Virus record (IMG/VR): IMGVR_UViG_3300047476_001768
Span: 7,367-71,366 of that record
Source: a virus
Length of the DNA stretch: 64,000 bases
Direction: 5' to 3' (one strand)
Of this stretch, positions 22,901-34,136 are shown piece by piece (the first letter of the stretch is position 1; every line of letters begins with the position of its first letter). Below the pieces are notes generated by a model. That model was given only the letters and a program-made list of their open reading frames with translations, searched no databases and was not told where the DNA came from. The translations under genes and the position numbers were made by a program.

Positions 22901-25900
22901 ATTATCAAGTAGGATCTATAGGACAATCTGGAATCTCCAATATTGTGCTTATTGACGGCGGCGCAAATTATGTCAGCGCACCAACTGTGGTTATTTCTGG
23001 CGGCGGCGGAACCGGAGCCACTGCTTCTGCTAGCATTGATGTTACTACAGGTAAGGTCACAGGCATTGTGGTGAATAATGCCGGTTCTGGTTACACATCG
23101 GTGCCTACTGTGGTTTTATCTGGCGGCGGTCCGGTTGACCCGGAAGATGTGGCTACTGCTTATGTGGTCCTGCCTGAACAAACCGCAATTACATTTACAA
23201 CTGCTCCACAAAGCGGTGCTAAGATAAAAGTTGATGTGAATCAATTTGGGCTGATCCAAAAGATAGAAAATCCTGACATAGTCAAGGACAGTTATTTTGG
23301 CCAAAGCGTAGCAATTGACCAGTCAAGAAAAAATATATTTGTTGGTGCCCCTGGTTACAGAGACATTGATTACTATAACGGAAAAGTATACCGATTTGTT
23401 AATAGACCATTGGCATTCGGTAAAGAAATTGGAGATAATGCCAGCATCACAGTTTTACAAGGCGATTATATTAGAATAAATGACATTCCTGTGGTATTCC
23501 AGGAAAGTGATGGTAACAGTGAAAAGGTTGTTAAAGATATTAACAACCGAAACATAACCGGTTTGTTTGCTCGCACCGATGGCGTGAGCAATCTAGAATT
23601 TTTATCTGATCTTGGTATTCCTTTAAGAGGATCGGGCTATTTTGAGTCCAATGTGTCTATAGTGATAGGCGATCCGGACCAAATTGAAGACGCTGTTACG
23701 GCCACAGTAGGTAACATTACATTGTTTGCGAACGGAGCTATCAACGGATTTGAAATTACCAACAGAGGTAGTGGATATACTTTTGCTCCTACAGTAACAA
23801 TAACTGGTGCGAACACCGTGTTGGCCAGAATGTCATCAACTATCGGGGCGTCTCAAATTACTGTGCTGGCTAATGCAACTGCTAAATCAAACAGCATCAA
23901 CATATTGCCTGGCGCAGGTACTGCACTACAAGATATAGGGTTCTCTATCTATACACCAGTTCAAGAATTCACACATCCGGATCTTGGTGCTCCGGAAAGA
24001 TTTGGTACTCTTATTAAACTGGATAATGCAACTGGAGAAACTTTACTGGTATCTAGTGAAGGCGGCGTTACTCTTAAGAAAAGCACATTTGATAATCAAG
24101 CAACAGTTTTTGACAAAGACACTACAAGATTTATTGATCTTTTGAAAAACTCTGGAGCTGTTTACATTTATGACTACCTGCCGATTCCAAACGAGACTAT
24201 AAATTCGCCAAGCCAATATCTATACAACCAGGTATTACAGAATAGTAATATTTTCTTTGACGACAATTTTGGCTCTGGAATTGAAATAAGAAACAACTGG
24301 ATCATTGTGGGTGCTACCAAGAGCGATTACTATAATGAAAATGCAGGACTGTTGCATCTCTTTGTCAACGCCAACAATCAAAAAGGCTGGAGCAAATTAA
24401 GATCAAGAACAGACAAAGTTGACATTGATTACATTAATCAAGGATTTTTATACAATCGCAAGAGTCAAACCATTGTTACAGATCTTGATTATTTTGATCC
24501 AGTTAAGGGCAAGATACTAGGAATAGCCGATCAAGATTTAGATTATAAAACTATCTATGATCCGGCAGTTTACAATAGAGGTAATGGAACCACTCAAACA
24601 TTTGATGAAAACAGCGTTTGGAATGATTTGCAAGTGGGTAAAACCTGGTGGAACCTAGACAAATGTAGATATATTGATTATGAGCAAGGAGACCTATCAT
24701 ACAGAACAACCTTCTGGGGAGAATTATTTCCAGGCAGTGAAGTAGAAGTATGCGAGTGGGTTGACAGCTACGTGCTGCCTAGTGAGTATCAAACCTTGAT
24801 TGGTAATGGTGAAGCATTGTATGCTGATGACAGTGCTTATGTAGAATTTAACTTTTTAGACAATCAGTCAGGGTTAATACGTACCAAATATTATTATTGG
24901 GTTAAAAACAAAATCACAGTAGACACAGTAAGAACCAAACGAACAAACAGTGTGGCATCGTTGGCAAAAATTATTGCAGATCCAAAAAGTCAAAATCTGC
25001 CTTACTTTGCTGTGGTTGCCGCTAATGCATTCAGTTTATACAATGTAAACAGATATTTGTTAGCTGACGAAATAATTTTCAAAATAGATTATGGCATTAC
25101 TGTAAATGAAAATATTGCGCACAGTGAATATGAACTGGTTCAGCAAGGAAACGCACTCAGTCCAATACCTGAAAAATATATTAATAAACTGATTGATAGC
25201 CTTGCAGGGGAAAATATTGTCGGCGAGGTAATACCTGACCTATCCTTGAGAGAAAGCACACGTTATGGTGTTTCTCTTCGTCCTCGTCAGAGCATGATTA
25301 AAGATACCATAAAGGCCACAGAAGTATTTGTTAATTATGTGAATCGTTTTCTTAAGGATCAGTTGATTGTAAAATATAAAGATTTAAGTATCTTAAAAAA
25401 TGCAGAACCAATACCGCCAGATGCTGCTGGTTTTTACAATCTTATTGTTGACACCAAAGACGAACTTCTATATATCCAGACAGAAGAACTGCAAGCAGGG
25501 TACAAAGTATTAGTAAGATCTGACTCAGATTACGAAGCCTACTGGACCATATACGAGTATACTCCAGATTCTGACTACGATATTTGGTCGTTGATAAGAA
25601 TTCAAAGTTACGACAGCAGTCGTTATTGGTATTACGACAATTGGTATGCCAGCGGGTATAACGAAACAACCACGATTGATTATATTGTTCCAGAATTCAA
25701 GGATACAGTTACACTGACCTTGGTGCCAGGAAACGTGATAAAAGTACTTGATGACGGAAACGGACAGTTTGAATTGTATGTGACCAATGCAGATTTATCA
25801 TTAACTGTGATTGGAGTTGAAAATGGAACCATACAAATCAGTGCCGCACTTTATGATTACGACCTAAGTCTTGTTGGGTTTGATAATGCTCCGTTTGACA

Positions 25901-28900
25901 CTGTTGGATTTGCTAAAACTATTGCATTAGAATTAAGAAATATTGTACAAGGATTGATTGCCGGAATATTCACAGACACAGATATTATACAGATAAACAA
26001 GTTGTTCTTCACATTGATCAACTATATTTTGAGCGAACAAAGATCTTTAGATTGGTTGATCAAGACCAGTCTGGTTTCGGTAGTACACAAGATACGTAAA
26101 CTAGAAACCTTTTCGTCGTATATCCGGGATGAGCAAGATTACTTTGAAAACTATATCAATGAAGTAAAACCATACAGAACCCAACTGCGCAATTATCTTT
26201 TGGATTATGAAGGACTTGACACTGTAAATGCCAATGCTACAGATTTTGATTTACCAAGCATTTATGATGTAGACCAACAAAAATATCGCACACTTGACAT
26301 AAACAGCTCAACAGATGCAAATTTAATTGCCAATAGTTATGCAGTTAATTGGTCAACCAATTACAAATATGTGCTAGAGTCCGTGATTGTGGTCAGTCCT
26401 GGCGAAGGTTATGTAAGAGCTCCTAGTGTGTTCATAACCGGTGGCGGCGGCACCGGTGCTACAGCAGTAGCCACTATTGACAATAGCACAGGACAAGTGA
26501 TTGAAATTGATTTAGTGAACAGAGGAACTGGTTACACAAGTCAGCCTATTGTGACTATTGAAGGTGGCGGCGGATTTGGTGCTAGAGCATATACAGTATT
26601 GTCAAGCATTGGAGGTGATGTTTCATCTAGTACTGTGAATAAAACTGTTAGAAATATTAAAACCTTGATAAGTTTTGATAGAGTAACTTATGCTTCGCAA
26701 GTGATCAAGTGGAAACCTTATACTACCTATCACACGGATGATATCGTAGTGGTGCCTGACGTTACTTCGGTATTCTTCAATAATTTACCAGATCAGTCAT
26801 TACCAAGGTACAATTATGCTTATAAAATATTGAAAACAGTACTAGGATCAGGAACACTTGATTTGAATCTGTTCAATGATTCGTCTGTGGTGCAAAAACT
26901 GTCAGGGGTTGATATTGACAATGCCATTGACAGAATTGCAGTGTACAATCAACCTGGAAGTCCTGATATTGCGACCTTGTACAGCAGCCCTGACAGCCAA
27001 CGATTGGATGCAAGCAACACAAATGAAGCTGCTATTAGTCAAAACAATGAATGGAACAAGGTTCTGCACAGCGGTGGCGTTGCTTATCTGCATGAATATC
27101 AATATCTAGCAATTGGAAATAGATCTTTACTGGCTGTGAGTCAAACAGGCGAAACCTGGACTTATGTGCCTGTAAGAGAAAATGACATTGATCTTAGAGA
27201 CGGGTGCTTTTTTGACGGTAATGTATGGATAGCGGTAGGTAATCAGGGCAGCTTGTTAACCTCAACAAATGCGTTGACTTGGACCAAAGAACAAGTTACT
27301 GAATTTAAATTCAGTCCAGACGCTAACAATCCTGAAGGTGCTGTACAACAAAATGCAAATCAAGTGGTGGACTTTGTGGGAGTAGTAGCGGTATCAACCA
27401 CACGATCAAACTATGTAATAGCTGTAGGTAATGGAAACAGTATTTTAGTGAATCCATATGATACATCAGATGATGTTGCGCAAGGTTGGTATAGTGCTAA
27501 ACCGCAGCCAAACATTTTTGCTTCTCCAAGACAACTCTTAACAGTGCATGCTGTAGACTTTGGTACCTTAACTGATAATAATGGTACGCAATACACCGTG
27601 GATCTTCAATCGTCTGGTTACTTTACGTCAGGTACTCAGTCCTTAATGAAACAGGGGTTTGTGATTATTGGCGGAGTAAACGGAAACATGTTTATTACCA
27701 GTTACAATCGTTTAGACGATTTGATTCAAGGATATGCCAAGTCCTATAATTATGATTCTGGTAAACTTACCGATCAGTCTTATCCATGGATCTCTATGGC
27801 GGTTCCAGCTGAAATAAGAGGTCAAGGCGACGGAACGTCAGGAGAACAAATCAACGGTATAGCAGTTAGCACCACATTTGACAGGTATATTGTGGCAGTT
27901 GGATCTGCAGGCACATTGCTTTGGAACAGAATTGACAGTCCTCTTGAAGTACAAAATGGAACAGCAGATCTTGCAAGTGACACCATTGGAAAAACTGTAG
28001 TGGATCATGGAATTTATGTGTATAAGAATTTTAGATATTTTAACGCAGATAATTTTGTTAGTCCACTAACTCCAAGTGCGCTGGAAAAAATTGATTTTAC
28101 AGACATTGCATGGGACAATGAAAAATTTGTAGTAACAGGAACTGGCAGTACCACCATCTGGGGATATCCTGGATCACAAAGCGAAGCTTACATAGAACTA
28201 GGAAATATCAATCCAATTCTATCTGCTGAAACAAGATCTGGTTCGTCTACAGAAACACTGGCTAGATGGGATGCTGTAGTATCTGCGACCTCAGTTGAAA
28301 TTGTTATTAATGGATCAGCTCTTATAGGGTGGATAATTCCAGGTATGACGGTGACCTCTACACATCTACCAACAGACAGTGTGGTAACCGCAGCTAGTTA
28401 CGATGCTGGTACTGACGAATGGACGGTAGATGTTGCATTTGCTTCAACATCGTTTATTTCACGAACAGGACAGAACATCAGTTTTGCCTATGTGTTTACT
28501 GAAAACATTCCGGTGGGAACCACACTAACCTTTACAGGTCCAAATAATGAAACCAAAACTCTAGTAACCAGTAGAGCTGTACTAAGAGGTGAAAACACAG
28601 TGTATGTGACAGGGTTTGATAAAGTTGCAGCCAACTGGGCTATATCCGGCACTGGCATACCAGTAGGTGCAAGAATTAAACAAATTGGCAGATTCCCTGC
28701 ATTTACTTGGCAGTATGCTGAAGGAAGTGGTAGAAATCTCAATATTGATTATAACAGTATAAGTGTAAACACAACCACAGTACAAATTAATCAACCGTTT
28801 ACTGCAAATATTCCTGCAGGGTCTTTAATTACTTTGTTTGATACCACAGGATTAAAATCTCAATATGTTGCTGCGCAGGCGTTGCCTAAAAATTCTAGAA

Positions 28901-29799
28901 CTTTAGTGTTTGCAAATGCAGTAGCAATCACAACAGGCTTTACTCTAGAAGCAAATACCACTTTAGGAATTCAAGGTGGCACTAGCGTGATTGGAGCAAA
29001 ACTTTATACTATTGGTGGTGTGCTGAATCATTTGGCTAAGGATATTCCTGATCTGATACCAGGAACAAGCTATAGCGGTGTAAAAGTACTCGGCCAGCCG
29101 TTTACTGAAACCGGATCTGATATATTAAGTTTAGATACCACCATCAGTAGCGAGTACGTTGATACTAATCTTGGTACTAGACCTGAAGACATTGTTATTA
29201 ACGGTGGTCAATTTATTGATACATACAGTAGCCATGCACCTCAAGAACTGGTGCCTGGACAAGTGATTGACAGTTTACAAATGAATGTTTTCACTGCAAA
29301 TGTGGTCAATGGTAATGTTGATTACGGTAATGTGATAGCTTACAAGATATTCACTGATTATAAAAAACCAACTGTTTATTATAGATTGAGTCAGGCAAAT
29401 ACCACAGTATTGGCTTCTAGTTTATCGTATGATGATACAGAAATCATAGTTGACGATGTAACAAAGCTGCCAGAGCCAAATGCAGTGCTAAATCAACCTG
29501 GATCTATATGGATCAATGCAGAACGCATTAACTATTTTGGAAGAGATGTAGGAAGAAATGCTATTACGGACATACGTAGAGGTGCTTCAAGAACCAGTAT
29601 TCCATTAACACATGAAGCAGGTAGTTTGATCAGCGATGCAAGTCAGGCGCAAGAAATCACAAGAGATACGGTGTTAACCATACTGTCTGACCTTACAGTG
29701 AACAATGGATTTGATGGAACTGCTAATTCTGTAACATATCAAACCAGTATAAGCAACCAGGTACCTCAATCAAGTATTTGGCTAGAACCAGGAACATAA
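10933..29799 (+). CDS. Giant baseplate/tail structural protein (gp7 position), multi-repeat
   Basis: Uninterrupted 6288-aa ORF after gp6. Many G.GY...P.V.I.GGGG.GA.A repeats, FG-GAP-like motifs (FG.SVAI, VGAPG) and BNR-like propeller repeats near the C-terminus. Confidence 0.75.
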   Translation: MASIKSINLLPEIFRSDTNKKFLAATVDQLISEPGLKKIDGFVGRKFAPTFKYNDSYIEEPTQDRQNYQLEASFVVQDQNKNVEFYSSYIDLIQKINYYSGLTNDHSRLFENESYNFNGLFDFDKFVNFNQYYWLPDGPPEVAVSASAITEVLNFSVLRDTKQTAYTFSNDARDPNPVLTLIKGNTYRFTLNQPGNGFWIQTEPGKTGTRSTEAEALSREVFGVENNGEDSGVVVFSVPASTAQDDERFASRIATVNYATDLPYARVQNHLLTIIKQAGGIDGATARSLNGSTLIFLSRSDNDTDWTDKGTFDFDRYDQGSPYVDGTYEQGDLLEASKRYDIFRIRITNVGTNNGLVQLEHLQSVNTNEKVYVSGGTNNAGVEFIKNAEGYWERVKQITSPLTELYYQDANSDSYSGVIKLIEPTDARLDVEGVILGRKNYTSPNGVRFTNGLKIRFDSTAFPSEYANSVYIVEGVGKSIRLVGTGNLTVPEDYALNDNLATPDYITVSRGSKDLNAWSRSNRWFHSELIELAAQYNNDPNLLLDTPVRAVRPIIEFESDLYLFNYGQRSKAPVDVLDYTITDAFKEVEGKETYVITLPNNVSRPLTDGTRIIFAADKNPEVRNKIFKVTFISIADRTQIHLVSENTELLPTYTVSSTQIIEDTTVAFIGGNPDFPATATLIVDPVTGEIQDLVFSNVGVNYRSIPEVGFVGGGAGVGAEITVTVENGSISDYQIVSRGIDYSVAPLYDFVPTVTFSRPVPSIGAVQATGTAVMEPTSVDNITVGYRGLNFVADPYVKIDTPNTQDARIDPVYSAYKHVDYVRITSSGSGIGTIATANIGSPNSLEKLTVYANAATFTSNIIVLDNTTGLAAGQLIYGSGITGGTVINNVLGANSILISSPASLSNDVQLVFKASEATAVTLRAVYGNSAVFSTQLLSLNSVTGLATGYKIYGDGVPVDATVDDIFGNLVVKISDLVQVQNNRNFIFKPAGVQTATVVATSRNSTTVTVDNSNVAGIDMYITGGALPLDIANIEIDNPVILTTTDAHNLIDGDEITIRGVLGTVEMNNNTYWVEIVDPFTLRLYADEARSVTLDGRNYTTYISGGVAAAFTIESDIKVVQLLDENRVVLSRPVSVKVGTTVAFVGRRAQATVYTDGSEAYAIAVTDPGAGYTSVPSITISPSGISEATATVVLNNDVLEYFKVVSAGSGYQINQDLTTSIITSATLTTASTTSYQSNTLIVTNIPEATYVKEDWLVFLVVEENENISYRDFSRVPYVSTDITGPNSNLYQYYMDVALTQANILKVTGVQEVLDSNLETQYEITLDGIIDSLDSDGEPIDLPAGTKIFITAKNRFFVEGFFGDNNPIGDVKSNYFIKQPVNNTSLVVLEDVTGLQKGMLINDLADSLGEGLIIETVNAVSNEITLNRRINAAAGLALQASTATAATVNLNPSKIQAIAVDNIGAEYTSAPLITVEPAVPSVVKLASSFGTDRLLVSDLDGIIVGMTVTSEYNTSGNGVTTGSIVPKVIGVDTIQIGAAVFEYYVILNQVQPEFAGLLVTFNYATKAIALIADARSRVVNTNDVTPDTYESDDTVIVSLPTTGQNAIKQKQIGVNVYNQYWYTGEEWVPAQQKTSYNQSPLFDLFNDDGVSISDTAAFLGSKFEGTKIFSYLEGTGQRDAALGFSLSYKNFQNVGDIVFANNYDTDSFAFIENKLSTSLPLNQFLFKQKTDSGFVYRNIWKKTAEKTKQYQIITKFFDGNTNYFQIDIDPNASETIPYLKVYVDNRLLAESSYTVTKYEQLDVIVIDESELSFDPPSKVDILIFSSSVSELGYYQLPLNIDLNTENKNFNTLTLGQLRQHLVAMSQNNYGLSGNILAKNNLRDLEIKDWTGCILQHASPAMYSGLAFGDQGFEFVEAIEYAQKEYTKFKNKFLDQALKVEINVSNIPEAVDKVMEVVNLGKNTTMPWYDSDMIPYGKAFTNSRIPVVDIRQLRYQIPSLYNDTVPSRRSVLVYLGDTATGTYVQLAKNKDFTFNQTIAAIDLSETVSLTYTSYIELIDRPSTVGSYVPETPSKLGLYPSYVPRMFVDDSYQTPRQVIQGHDGSIMPAFGDYRDDLLLELELRIYNNIKVRYTNTILDIVDSIPGKFRKINYSLAEFNQLLSRNFLRWVGINSVNYSTNDTFQSNNAWTWNYKFLKDSNGEFLPGFWRGIYFYYFDTDRPHLAPWEMLGFYEQPSWWEDRYGPAPYTGTNTVLWDDLELGFIAQGTRQGVDSRFARPGLSRYIPVDEYGQLKSPEKFAPASFDATRLSSGWAIGDQGPVETAWRRSSEYPYALQVAIALSRPAFYFGSLMNTVGYLRNSNIDQLVLSDTKQRINKDNFVIPDDGLNSGVVTLTAGYINWVRDWFTNKAIDGTAKITSLVRNLEVKLSYKMAGYSDNNFLTVVADQSSPVSRASSIILPPENYKIFLNKSAPVEKISYSAVVIERTATGFAVRGYDLEQPYFTIIPSKRNNNAFSISAIEETAIIYRDFEFTKVIVPYGFEFATKQQVVDFLISYGRYLTAQGLVFDTFNADLETKQTWILSAQEFLVWSQQGWASGNLLVLSPVFNSIKIINTAGVVDHVVNSISASKILDQNFNIIKNSQFSVLRDDNVFQITSVFGHTIGLAVFNLVQYEHVLLMDNNTVFGDIIYQPELGNRQYRLRLIGNKTNNWTGQLNPGGFIYNNDIIDEWQPGRNYRKSALVSFKEKFYFAISEVPASVEFDFTYWSNIDKSKIKTGLLPNFSYNAEKFNNVYNIDDTVADAALDSLSSGITGFRERSYFQDFKLDNVSQTKFYQGYIKQKGSINAIDALTTARFNNLFSNIELYEEWALRVGDYGALGSDQAVEFQLLEQDLKNNPSTLVLKNKTDPDQEGLINVEIGQLYYAPDNFIDKNVISLRQDVKTRVSDAVTAGYPRLDDVDATIFDITDYASYADLVNIIGAGFKIWVARDFNKDWNVYRVNETDVLINQFQIGLDNRITVTTNVPHGLVAGTVIIVKNFDTDYNGFYQVIAVTNNDQFVVEGYQNLQRLRSQQFVDGTGVLLSLTSVRFSRINQLVNFVPRHGWRDKDKIWVDNDVGDKLWAVFEKNAGWSFDKILPLREGEAQSQQGYGEAIAINNDQKIVISGAKDYSDGGVSGLRVLNPGFLYDVPEATFSSPDLENGKTVTATLDTESGTLLTARLTAAGSDYDLLPNIEIVDFNLAVTSANTYQSNTIPISSLSVSVTKLVYSDVVDSKSVILANSNDIWVGDTVTGSDGAGNTVAAAIVANINYSSNTITLTDSITWSIVNSQSLTFTHSRVFLNDIVTGTDATGNVIPENTKITAINTLTNTVETGPILINFDGGSTLSFSRGTGGNVQARLSPTFISSVEVINGGSGFVTPPIVEIVGGGGTGAQIIVNLVTTGAGTGSISSCTILNPGTGFTLPPEINLITTNANHGAILRVKLAPSGVENLVVAAAGQDYRFPRLQFSTVSGGAGSGAAGNVNVTNGSVTIARLREFGQGYSDTPTVIITDSVGNGAGCELEIVRTTGAVRTFQLEEGSFTQVQNLSAFGLDAEEFGFTLDLGSAYGFVGAPGSFNQQGAVLISKSTGSNWISQQVLNPADLENNDRFGHALVVSDDENWLYVGAPGANKVYVYTAKTTSTNQQKIEIITNQISYITNYVLVKTSAEVKVVGDSGKLYEPDFDYTVIAGVLTFRNFGTIENEKFLYLSQIYPTTAITPTVIRGILQTSYVLATTPVEIEQINVVGATGRIFIPDLDYTLTGVTLNFLNDDFATEASLAVNVLTKYYILVTTLEPTDQVIWEDGVQFNSVARQLLAATVNTYGAMVAGSYQVGDIIKVLNTDGASAGSYQLYKKLAGGAFALQGTENRKVTRGVAKFGWSLAIDKEGYQVVVGAPQAGATDNDTDIIRVGKIYIFDREYQVFVGSVATNTNTYKTLRDIVGVTKITIDGFELVQGIDYQVGSIGQSGISNIVLIDGGANYVSAPTVVISGGGGTGATASASIDVTTGKVTGIVVNNAGSGYTSVPTVVLSGGGPVDPEDVATAYVVLPEQTAITFTTAPQSGAKIKVDVNQFGLIQKIENPDIVKDSYFGQSVAIDQSRKNIFVGAPGYRDIDYYNGKVYRFVNRPLAFGKEIGDNASITVLQGDYIRINDIPVVFQESDGNSEKVVKDINNRNITGLFARTDGVSNLEFLSDLGIPLRGSGYFESNVSIVIGDPDQIEDAVTATVGNITLFANGAINGFEITNRGSGYTFAPTVTITGANTVLARMSSTIGASQITVLANATAKSNSINILPGAGTALQDIGFSIYTPVQEFTHPDLGAPERFGTLIKLDNATGETLLVSSEGGVTLKKSTFDNQATVFDKDTTRFIDLLKNSGAVYIYDYLPIPNETINSPSQYLYNQVLQNSNIFFDDNFGSGIEIRNNWIIVGATKSDYYNENAGLLHLFVNANNQKGWSKLRSRTDKVDIDYINQGFLYNRKSQTIVTDLDYFDPVKGKILGIADQDLDYKTIYDPAVYNRGNGTTQTFDENSVWNDLQVGKTWWNLDKCRYIDYEQGDLSYRTTFWGELFPGSEVEVCEWVDSYVLPSEYQTLIGNGEALYADDSAYVEFNFLDNQSGLIRTKYYYWVKNKITVDTVRTKRTNSVASLAKIIADPKSQNLPYFAVVAANAFSLYNVNRYLLADEIIFKIDYGITVNENIAHSEYELVQQGNALSPIPEKYINKLIDSLAGENIVGEVIPDLSLRESTRYGVSLRPRQSMIKDTIKATEVFVNYVNRFLKDQLIVKYKDLSILKNAEPIPPDAAGFYNLIVDTKDELLYIQTEELQAGYKVLVRSDSDYEAYWTIYEYTPDSDYDIWSLIRIQSYDSSRYWYYDNWYASGYNETTTIDYIVPEFKDTVTLTLVPGNVIKVLDDGNGQFELYVTNADLSLTVIGVENGTIQISAALYDYDLSLVGFDNAPFDTVGFAKTIALELRNIVQGLIAGIFTDTDIIQINKLFFTLINYILSEQRSLDWLIKTSLVSVVHKIRKLETFSSYIRDEQDYFENYINEVKPYRTQLRNYLLDYEGLDTVNANATDFDLPSIYDVDQQKYRTLDINSSTDANLIANSYAVNWSTNYKYVLESVIVVSPGEGYVRAPSVFITGGGGTGATAVATIDNSTGQVIEIDLVNRGTGYTSQPIVTIEGGGGFGARAYTVLSSIGGDVSSSTVNKTVRNIKTLISFDRVTYASQVIKWKPYTTYHTDDIVVVPDVTSVFFNNLPDQSLPRYNYAYKILKTVLGSGTLDLNLFNDSSVVQKLSGVDIDNAIDRIAVYNQPGSPDIATLYSSPDSQRLDASNTNEAAISQNNEWNKVLHSGGVAYLHEYQYLAIGNRSLLAVSQTGETWTYVPVRENDIDLRDGCFFDGNVWIAVGNQGSLLTSTNALTWTKEQVTEFKFSPDANNPEGAVQQNANQVVDFVGVVAVSTTRSNYVIAVGNGNSILVNPYDTSDDVAQGWYSAKPQPNIFASPRQLLTVHAVDFGTLTDNNGTQYTVDLQSSGYFTSGTQSLMKQGFVIIGGVNGNMFITSYNRLDDLIQGYAKSYNYDSGKLTDQSYPWISMAVPAEIRGQGDGTSGEQINGIAVSTTFDRYIVAVGSAGTLLWNRIDSPLEVQNGTADLASDTIGKTVVDHGIYVYKNFRYFNADNFVSPLTPSALEKIDFTDIAWDNEKFVVTGTGSTTIWGYPGSQSEAYIELGNINPILSAETRSGSSTETLARWDAVVSATSVEIVINGSALIGWIIPGMTVTSTHLPTDSVVTAASYDAGTDEWTVDVAFASTSFISRTGQNISFAYVFTENIPVGTTLTFTGPNNETKTLVTSRAVLRGENTVYVTGFDKVAANWAISGTGIPVGARIKQIGRFPAFTWQYAEGSGRNLNIDYNSISVNTTTVQINQPFTANIPAGSLITLFDTTGLKSQYVAAQALPKNSRTLVFANAVAITTGFTLEANTTLGIQGGTSVIGAKLYTIGGVLNHLAKDIPDLIPGTSYSGVKVLGQPFTETGSDILSLDTTISSEYVDTNLGTRPEDIVINGGQFIDTYSSHAPQELVPGQVIDSLQMNVFTANVVNGNVDYGNVIAYKIFTDYKKPTVYYRLSQANTTVLASSLSYDDTEIIVDDVTKLPEPNAVLNQPGSIWINAERINYFGRDVGRNAITDIRRGASRTSIPLTHEAGSLISDASQAQEITRDTVLTILSDLTVNNGFDGTANSVTYQTSISNQVPQSSIWLEPGT

Positions 29800-29800
29800 T

Positions 29801-30883
29801 ATGAGTGTAGTTGCAAACATAGTTGTAGCATCTTCCAATGCTAATGTTTATATAGATTCTGTAATAGGCATAGCAGTGGCCGATTGCGTTATCACTAATA
29901 GCGTGCCACGAAGTGACAATATTAGAGTTGAAAAAGTATTTGCTAGTTCAAATGTGATTCAAGTGTCTAGCAATTTGTCAACAGGTATCGGAGACACAGT
30001 TACCTTTCAAAAACTGGTATCCAATGTTGGACTGTATGCTACTAATACATTTGAAACAGTTTTTCTTAAGGTACTGCCTTCTTACAGTACCAATGTTGAT
30101 CCTAGATTGCCCAAATATGATTTTTTAACTAGTAATTTAACAGCATGGAGCAATGCAGAAATAGCTGTGAGTAATATTGCTTTGTTTCCTGCCCCAAGCA
30201 GCATAACAGCCAACAGCACAGTGAGTGCCAATACCTATTTTGCCAATGGGATACAAATAAACAGTAATCTATGGATGCCGCTATCTAGCACAGTTAACGT
30301 CAATGTAGGTGATAAAATTGTTACTGCTAATATTCCTAGTACAGCAAACAGTATAGTTCAAAGAATATTTTCTAATGCTAGTGTACTAATACAAAATCTA
30401 ACTGCTAACACTAATATTATTGTTTCGGCGAACGAGACTTGTTATTTTTATCCAAAAAACTTTACCATTAGAAATCTACGCACTGTTAGTTCAAACACCT
30501 TGTTAGCCAACACTCTTGTACTCACTCTTGAAACTGTGGACAATATAAAAATAGGCAGTTTAATAGCTACAGCCAACATAGTTGCTTTGGTGTCCGATGA
30601 TACTCTAACCACAGTGCGTAAAATTTTTTCAGCCAACAACACTGTGATTGTACAAAATATTGATGCAAATGTTACTGTGTCCGCAGGCGAATACTTGTAT
30701 TTTAGCAATAGGCCCACAGTAGGTGCTGTTAGGATTGCCAGTGAGGTAATTTGGTATGAAAAAATCTGGACAGCCAACAGCAGATTAACTGATTTAACCA
30801 GAAATGTAGGTGGGACCACCCACAGTACTATTTCTGGAAACGTATTTGCTGGTAATCTAGTGAGCATTTTAGGCTTGCGTTGA
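29801..30883 (+). CDS. Asn/Ser/Thr/Val-rich beta-repeat virion protein
   Basis: 360 aa with three internal repeats of the type (V/I)GD.I.TANI...V.(K/R)IFS.N.V.(V/I)QN..N..VS.GE..YF. Confidence 0.55.
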   Translation: MSVVANIVVASSNANVYIDSVIGIAVADCVITNSVPRSDNIRVEKVFASSNVIQVSSNLSTGIGDTVTFQKLVSNVGLYATNTFETVFLKVLPSYSTNVDPRLPKYDFLTSNLTAWSNAEIAVSNIALFPAPSSITANSTVSANTYFANGIQINSNLWMPLSSTVNVNVGDKIVTANIPSTANSIVQRIFSNASVLIQNLTANTNIIVSANETCYFYPKNFTIRNLRTVSSNTLLANTLVLTLETVDNIKIGSLIATANIVALVSDDTLTTVRKIFSANNTVIVQNIDANVTVSAGEYLYFSNRPTVGAVRIASEVIWYEKIWTANSRLTDLTRNVGGTTHSTISGNVFAGNLVSILGLR

Positions 30884-30910
30884 ACACTTAATTACAGGAT
30901 TCATTATTAT

Positions 30911-30918
30911 GCTAAATA
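30911..30918 (+). promoter_or_regulatory. T4-late-like promoter box GCTAAATA
   Basis: 5 nt upstream of the ATG at 30924. Confidence 0.5.
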
Positions 30919-30923
30919 AGGAT

Positions 30924-31070
30924 ATGAATAAATTACCCGAAAATACGCAGCCACAGGAACCAGTTCAGCACTCACAAAAACCAAATGAACTAGGTGGTTT
31001 TGACATTTCTGGAGTCGTAAAAATATATGACCCCGAAACCAAGCAAGTTTTTGTTGAGGTTAGAACATGA
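30924..31070 (+). CDS. 48-aa small protein resembling the N-terminus of the next gene
   Basis: Below the ORF-track cutoff: MNKLPENTQPQEPVQHSQKPNELGGFDISGVVKIYDPETKQVFVEVRT. Fills the intergenic gap and has an ATGA overlap with 31067. Confidence 0.7.
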   Translation: MNKLPENTQPQEPVQHSQKPNELGGFDISGVVKIYDPETKQVFVEVRT

Positions 31071-31681
31071 TAACACAAGGTTTAATCAAAGTTGAAGGTT
31101 TTGTAAAGATTTTTGATCCGCACAGCGGCGAAGTTTTTGTAGACAAGAAAAACGCTATTCATTACGAAAACATGAGCGAGGCGATTGCATTCGCACTCAG
31201 TCACAGAGATGCACAATACATGTACGAAATGCATTTTGGTAATGGTGGCAGTGCTGTGGACAGCACCGGGGTTATTACATATTTGATTCCAAACACTACC
31301 AGTGTGAATGCAACCTTGTACAACCCAACTTATTACAAGATCATTGACGATACTGATACTGATAACTCAGATCCAACTAATAATAAAATGCAAGTGCGTC
31401 ATGTTCCAGGAAATCCATACAGTGATATAATTATCAGCTGCTTGCTGGATTACGGCGAACCTGCTACCCAAAGTGTGTTTGACAACAGTACTACACTAAA
31501 CGATACATTTACTTTTGATGAACTGGGGATCAAGGCCAGAAGTCTTGATGAAACTTCAGGCACAGGAAAATTGTTAACACACGTGATTTTTCACCCTGTA
31601 CAAAAAAGTTTGAACAGGTTGATTCAAATTGATTACACTGTGCGTATTCAGACGTTGACCAATTTGAGTGCAATAGGATAA
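31067..31681 (+). CDS. Baseplate/tail-fibre attachment structural protein
   Basis: 204 aa in the tail module. FGNGG, FDELGI and LLTHVIFHPVQKSLNR.IQIDYTVRI. Confidence 0.55.
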   Translation: MITQGLIKVEGFVKIFDPHSGEVFVDKKNAIHYENMSEAIAFALSHRDAQYMYEMHFGNGGSAVDSTGVITYLIPNTTSVNATLYNPTYYKIIDDTDTDNSDPTNNKMQVRHVPGNPYSDIIISCLLDYGEPATQSVFDNSTTLNDTFTFDELGIKARSLDETSGTGKLLTHVIFHPVQKSLNRLIQIDYTVRIQTLTNLSAIG

Positions 31682-31687
31682 TAAAAA

Positions 31688-34102
31688 ATGGCTTATATTA
31701 TAACAAAAACCAATGGCGATGCTCTTGTAACAGTTCCAGATACTGAAAAAAACACTGATTACGGAGTTACTCTGGTCGGCAGAAACTATTCAGGTTATGG
31801 TGTTTTTCTAAATGACAACTTTGTTGCTCTTATGGAAAATTTTGCCAGCAGCACTGCTCCGGTCACACCACTTGATGGACAGCTTTGGTTTAATACCACA
31901 ACAAAAAATCTAAGTCTATGGGAAGGCAATGCCTGGAAAGTAATCAGTTCAATAACCAGTAGTGAATCAGAACCTGGATCTGCAGGTAGAAAAATTGGAG
32001 ATTTTTGGTTTGATAACAATACCTACCAGTTAAAAATATGGACTGGAGAAACAGTATTTCAAAGAAATGTAACAGCAAACAGCTCTGGAAATATTGCCAC
32101 AATCACCAGCACCACCAGTTTACTCGCCGACGATACAGTCACACATGCCAACATCAGTTTACTTAATGATGTAAGAATCAGTCAAATTTTAAATTCAACA
32201 CAGTTACGTCTAAGTGCCAACGCGAATCTAACACTAAATGATGCAATAAATTTTACTCGCGGCAGTGGTTGGTACACAGTAGGGCCTGCGTATGCTCGCG
32301 GACAAAAGATCAACGGCATTATACCCAGCACAGTAACCGATACCAACGCCACAAGTCATATCGTTGGCTTGATATATGTAGATGGTTCAATAGTTGGCAC
32401 TGCAAGTAATGATTTAGAATATACTCCTGCGGTTGAATCAGCGATTTCTGGTTTTTCAACAATCAAGCCTGGTTTGCAGCTAAGATCATCCACATCAATA
32501 CAAATAGTCAAGGCTGTACAAAGTTACTCGGTTGGATCTGCTGGACAGACTTTAATTCAGTTGGTTTCAAACCAAGATTTGCTAGTTGGCGATAGATACC
32601 TGTCAGCAAATGTATCAATCGGTGCTGGAGCAATAATATCTGCACTGTATCCTAATAATGCAGTAACCGTTAATACCACTACCACAGTATATGTTAATGA
32701 AGATGTGACTTTCCAACGGGGCAGTACCACTGTTGCTCTATATAATGGAACCGCCACAAACTCTCAAAAATTAGCTAATAAATCTGCTGATCTATATGCT
32801 CAATTGGACACTTATTCAAGATTCCTAGACAATGTTGATATTGAAGGCAATCTTGTGCTTGGCAGCAATATACAACTGATACAAAATCTTGGTAGCCTAA
32901 CAATTAGAAATACAGTAAGCGGAGCAAATATCAGTTTTATTAGCAACGTTCCTTCAGTGGGATCAACAACCACAGTATTAAACATTGATGGCAGCGATGG
33001 ATTATTAACAGTTCGCGCAGATCCTACTGCTAATCTTGGAGTTTCTACCAAGCAATATGTAGACTCCACAAAAGACATACTCACAGGATTTATTGCAAGT
33101 AATGTTGCGTCGTTGATCAATTCAGCTCCGGTGTCTCGTCAAGACTTTGGAAATGTTAGCAATATCATTGACAACGTCTATAGTAATCTAGCCACTCTTA
33201 CCACAGCAGTAGGCCTACGTGCAACTATAGATAATCCTACATTTACAGGCGCACCAATTGCAACAACTGCTCCAGCAGGAACTGCAAATACACAAATTGC
33301 AACAACAGAATTTGTTACAACAAGAGCTGATGCTGATAACAATGCAATGACTGCAAATATCACAGCAGCCAATTTAGAAATTGCACTGAGAGCCACAACA
33401 GCTAGTCCGACGTTTACTGGAATCCCACTGGTTCCAAATGCAGCACCAGGAACCAACTCAAGACAAATTGCAAGTACCGCATGGGTTAACAGCACTATTG
33501 CTAATATTAACCTGGCAACCTATGCTACATTATCCAGCCCAACATTTATTAATGTTCCTAGTGCTCCAACTGCAAACATTTCAGCAAATACCACACAGTT
33601 AGCAACCACAGAGTTTGTACATAGACTACTGCCGGTGGGCATGATTATCATGTGGTATGGTAATGTTGCTACTATACCTTACGGATGGGCATTGTGCAAC
33701 GGCGATTCAGGCACCCCAGATCTGCGCAATAAGTTTGTTGTTGGTGCCGGCGATACCTACAATCCAGCAGCCACTGGTGGCGCAGCAAGCGTAACAGCAA
33801 CCACAGCAAACAACGGAGCTCACACGCATTCGGGTATTACTGGAAACACTGCATTAAGCATTGCTCAAATGCCAGATCATACTCATGCAGGCAGTGCCAC
33901 TGTAATGACACCTAGTGGCTCGGGCCAATCTGTACATAATGCTAGCAATCAGCGAGGAACTACAACACTCACAGTTGCAAACACAGGCGGCGGGCAAGGA
34001 CATACACATACTATTAGTTCAGATGGCGCACATACTCACAGTGTTGTGGTATCAACTGTGCCACCTTACTATGCACTTTGCTACATCATGAAGGTAATTT
34101 AA
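31688..34102 (+). CDS. Tail fibre protein with collar domain and His-x-His tip
   Basis: 804 aa. SPTFTG.P.APT repeats, collar PVGMIIMW...IPYGWALCNG..TPDLRNKFVVGAG, several HTH motifs, ends PPYYALCYIMK. Confidence 0.85.
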   Translation: MAYIITKTNGDALVTVPDTEKNTDYGVTLVGRNYSGYGVFLNDNFVALMENFASSTAPVTPLDGQLWFNTTTKNLSLWEGNAWKVISSITSSESEPGSAGRKIGDFWFDNNTYQLKIWTGETVFQRNVTANSSGNIATITSTTSLLADDTVTHANISLLNDVRISQILNSTQLRLSANANLTLNDAINFTRGSGWYTVGPAYARGQKINGIIPSTVTDTNATSHIVGLIYVDGSIVGTASNDLEYTPAVESAISGFSTIKPGLQLRSSTSIQIVKAVQSYSVGSAGQTLIQLVSNQDLLVGDRYLSANVSIGAGAIISALYPNNAVTVNTTTTVYVNEDVTFQRGSTTVALYNGTATNSQKLANKSADLYAQLDTYSRFLDNVDIEGNLVLGSNIQLIQNLGSLTIRNTVSGANISFISNVPSVGSTTTVLNIDGSDGLLTVRADPTANLGVSTKQYVDSTKDILTGFIASNVASLINSAPVSRQDFGNVSNIIDNVYSNLATLTTAVGLRATIDNPTFTGAPIATTAPAGTANTQIATTEFVTTRADADNNAMTANITAANLEIALRATTASPTFTGIPLVPNAAPGTNSRQIASTAWVNSTIANINLATYATLSSPTFINVPSAPTANISANTTQLATTEFVHRLLPVGMIIMWYGNVATIPYGWALCNGDSGTPDLRNKFVVGAGDTYNPAATGGAASVTATTANNGAHTHSGITGNTALSIAQMPDHTHAGSATVMTPSGSGQSVHNASNQRGTTTLTVANTGGGQGHTHTISSDGAHTHSVVVSTVPPYYALCYIMKVI

Positions 34103-34105
34103 TAC

Positions 34106-34113
34106 CATAAATA
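34106..34113 (+). promoter_or_regulatory. T4-late-like promoter box CATAAATA
   Basis: Intergenic; GGAG SD at 34125-34128 and ATG at 34137 follow. Confidence 0.55.
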
Positions 34114-34136
34114 TTAGATAAATTGGAGTTTACGGA

